Virus record (IMG/VR): IMGVR_UViG_3300045988_121957
Span: 1 to 13,789 of that record
DNA length: 13,789 nucleotides
DNA from: a virus
Direction: 5' to 3' (one strand)
Positions 13,525 through 13,789 of the stretch are shown in pieces; positions within the stretch are counted from its first letter, which is position 1; each line of letters opens with the position of its first letter. The notes below the pieces were generated by a model. The model did no database searches, was not told the origin of the DNA, and saw only the letters and a program-made list of their open reading frames with translations. Made by a program: the position numbers and the translations under genes.

Positions 13525-13704
13525 CTATTTAAATCCTTTTTCTTTCATTTCGTCTTCAAGATTTTTTAATTCTTTCCAAATTTTTTTTTCATGTGCTACA
13601 AATACTTCAATATCAGGATATTTCATAGTATAATCATACTCTCTACCCCATCTTTCTAATAATGCTTCATGTGCTAATTCATATAATCTTGCTTCTTTCA
13701 TCAT
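13525..13704 (-). CDS. Hypothetical right-end early protein (59 aa), helical, Glu/Lys-rich
   Basis: It is the first gene downstream of the right ITR promoter and SD. It starts at the ITR-encoded ATG (13704). The 20-aa N-terminal extension in the track is an ITR artefact. Confidence 0.65.
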   Translation of the reverse strand: MMKEARLYELAHEALLERWGREYDYTMKYPDIEVFVAHEKKIWKELKNLEDEMKEKGFK

Positions 13705-13789
13705 ATTCACCCTCCTGCCTAGTTGGCTGTGCTGTATTGATTTGTTGAGTTTATTATAGTCCATTTGAACTAATATGTCAACAGAATAA
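13701..13789. repeat. Right inverted terminal repeat (ITR), 89 bp
   Basis: Exact reverse complement of 1-89. Confidence 0.97.
13753..13781 (-). promoter_or_regulatory. Consensus sigma-A promoter inside the right ITR, reading inward
   Basis: Mirror copy of the left ITR promoter. On the minus strand, -35 is at 13776-13781 and -10 at 13753-13758. The same SD and an ATG at 13704 follow. Confidence 0.8.

Noticed and set aside
1-13789. I looked for an integrase, repressor, tRNA genes, a CRISPR array, a transposase or IS elements, and toxin-antitoxin pairs.
   Set aside because: No ORF shows recombinase or HTH-repressor motifs that I can recognise. There are no spaced direct-repeat arrays. The only long repeat is the ITR pair, which is explained by protein-primed replication and not by transposition.

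Overview
The window starts and ends exactly on an 89-bp perfect inverted terminal repeat (ITR). I read it as the complete ~13.8-kb linear genome of a very small phi29-like podophage that replicates by protein priming. The likely host is a low-GC Firmicute, given consensus sigma-A promoters, strong AGGAGG ribosome-binding sites, and SpoVG-like, BhlA-like and NlpC/P60+SH3b genes. Each ITR carries an identical TTGACA-17-TATAAT promoter, 5'UTR, SD and ATG, all pointing inward. The + strand encodes, in order: a PP-loop/PAPS-reductase-like enzyme, a 144-aa unknown, a candidate terminal protein, a protein-primed family-B DNA polymerase, a cluster of small ORFs (three are missing from the ORF track), a SpoVG-like protein and a phi29 gp16-type packaging ATPase. 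Next come a third near-consensus promoter and a GC-rich structured RNA element. The late genes follow: scaffold, major capsid, a 99-aa unknown, BhlA-like holin, NlpC/P60-SH3b endolysin, tail knob, portal, lower collar and an SGNH-hydrolase tail appendage. A bidirectional terminator separates these from two small leftward genes driven by the right ITR. I found no integrase, repressor, tRNA or CRISPR. Protein calls rest on motifs I recognised by eye, not on database searches. The points most worth follow-up are the promoter-bearing ITRs, the PP-loop early gene, the structured RNA after the ATPase, the SpoVG-like gene and the very small genome size.
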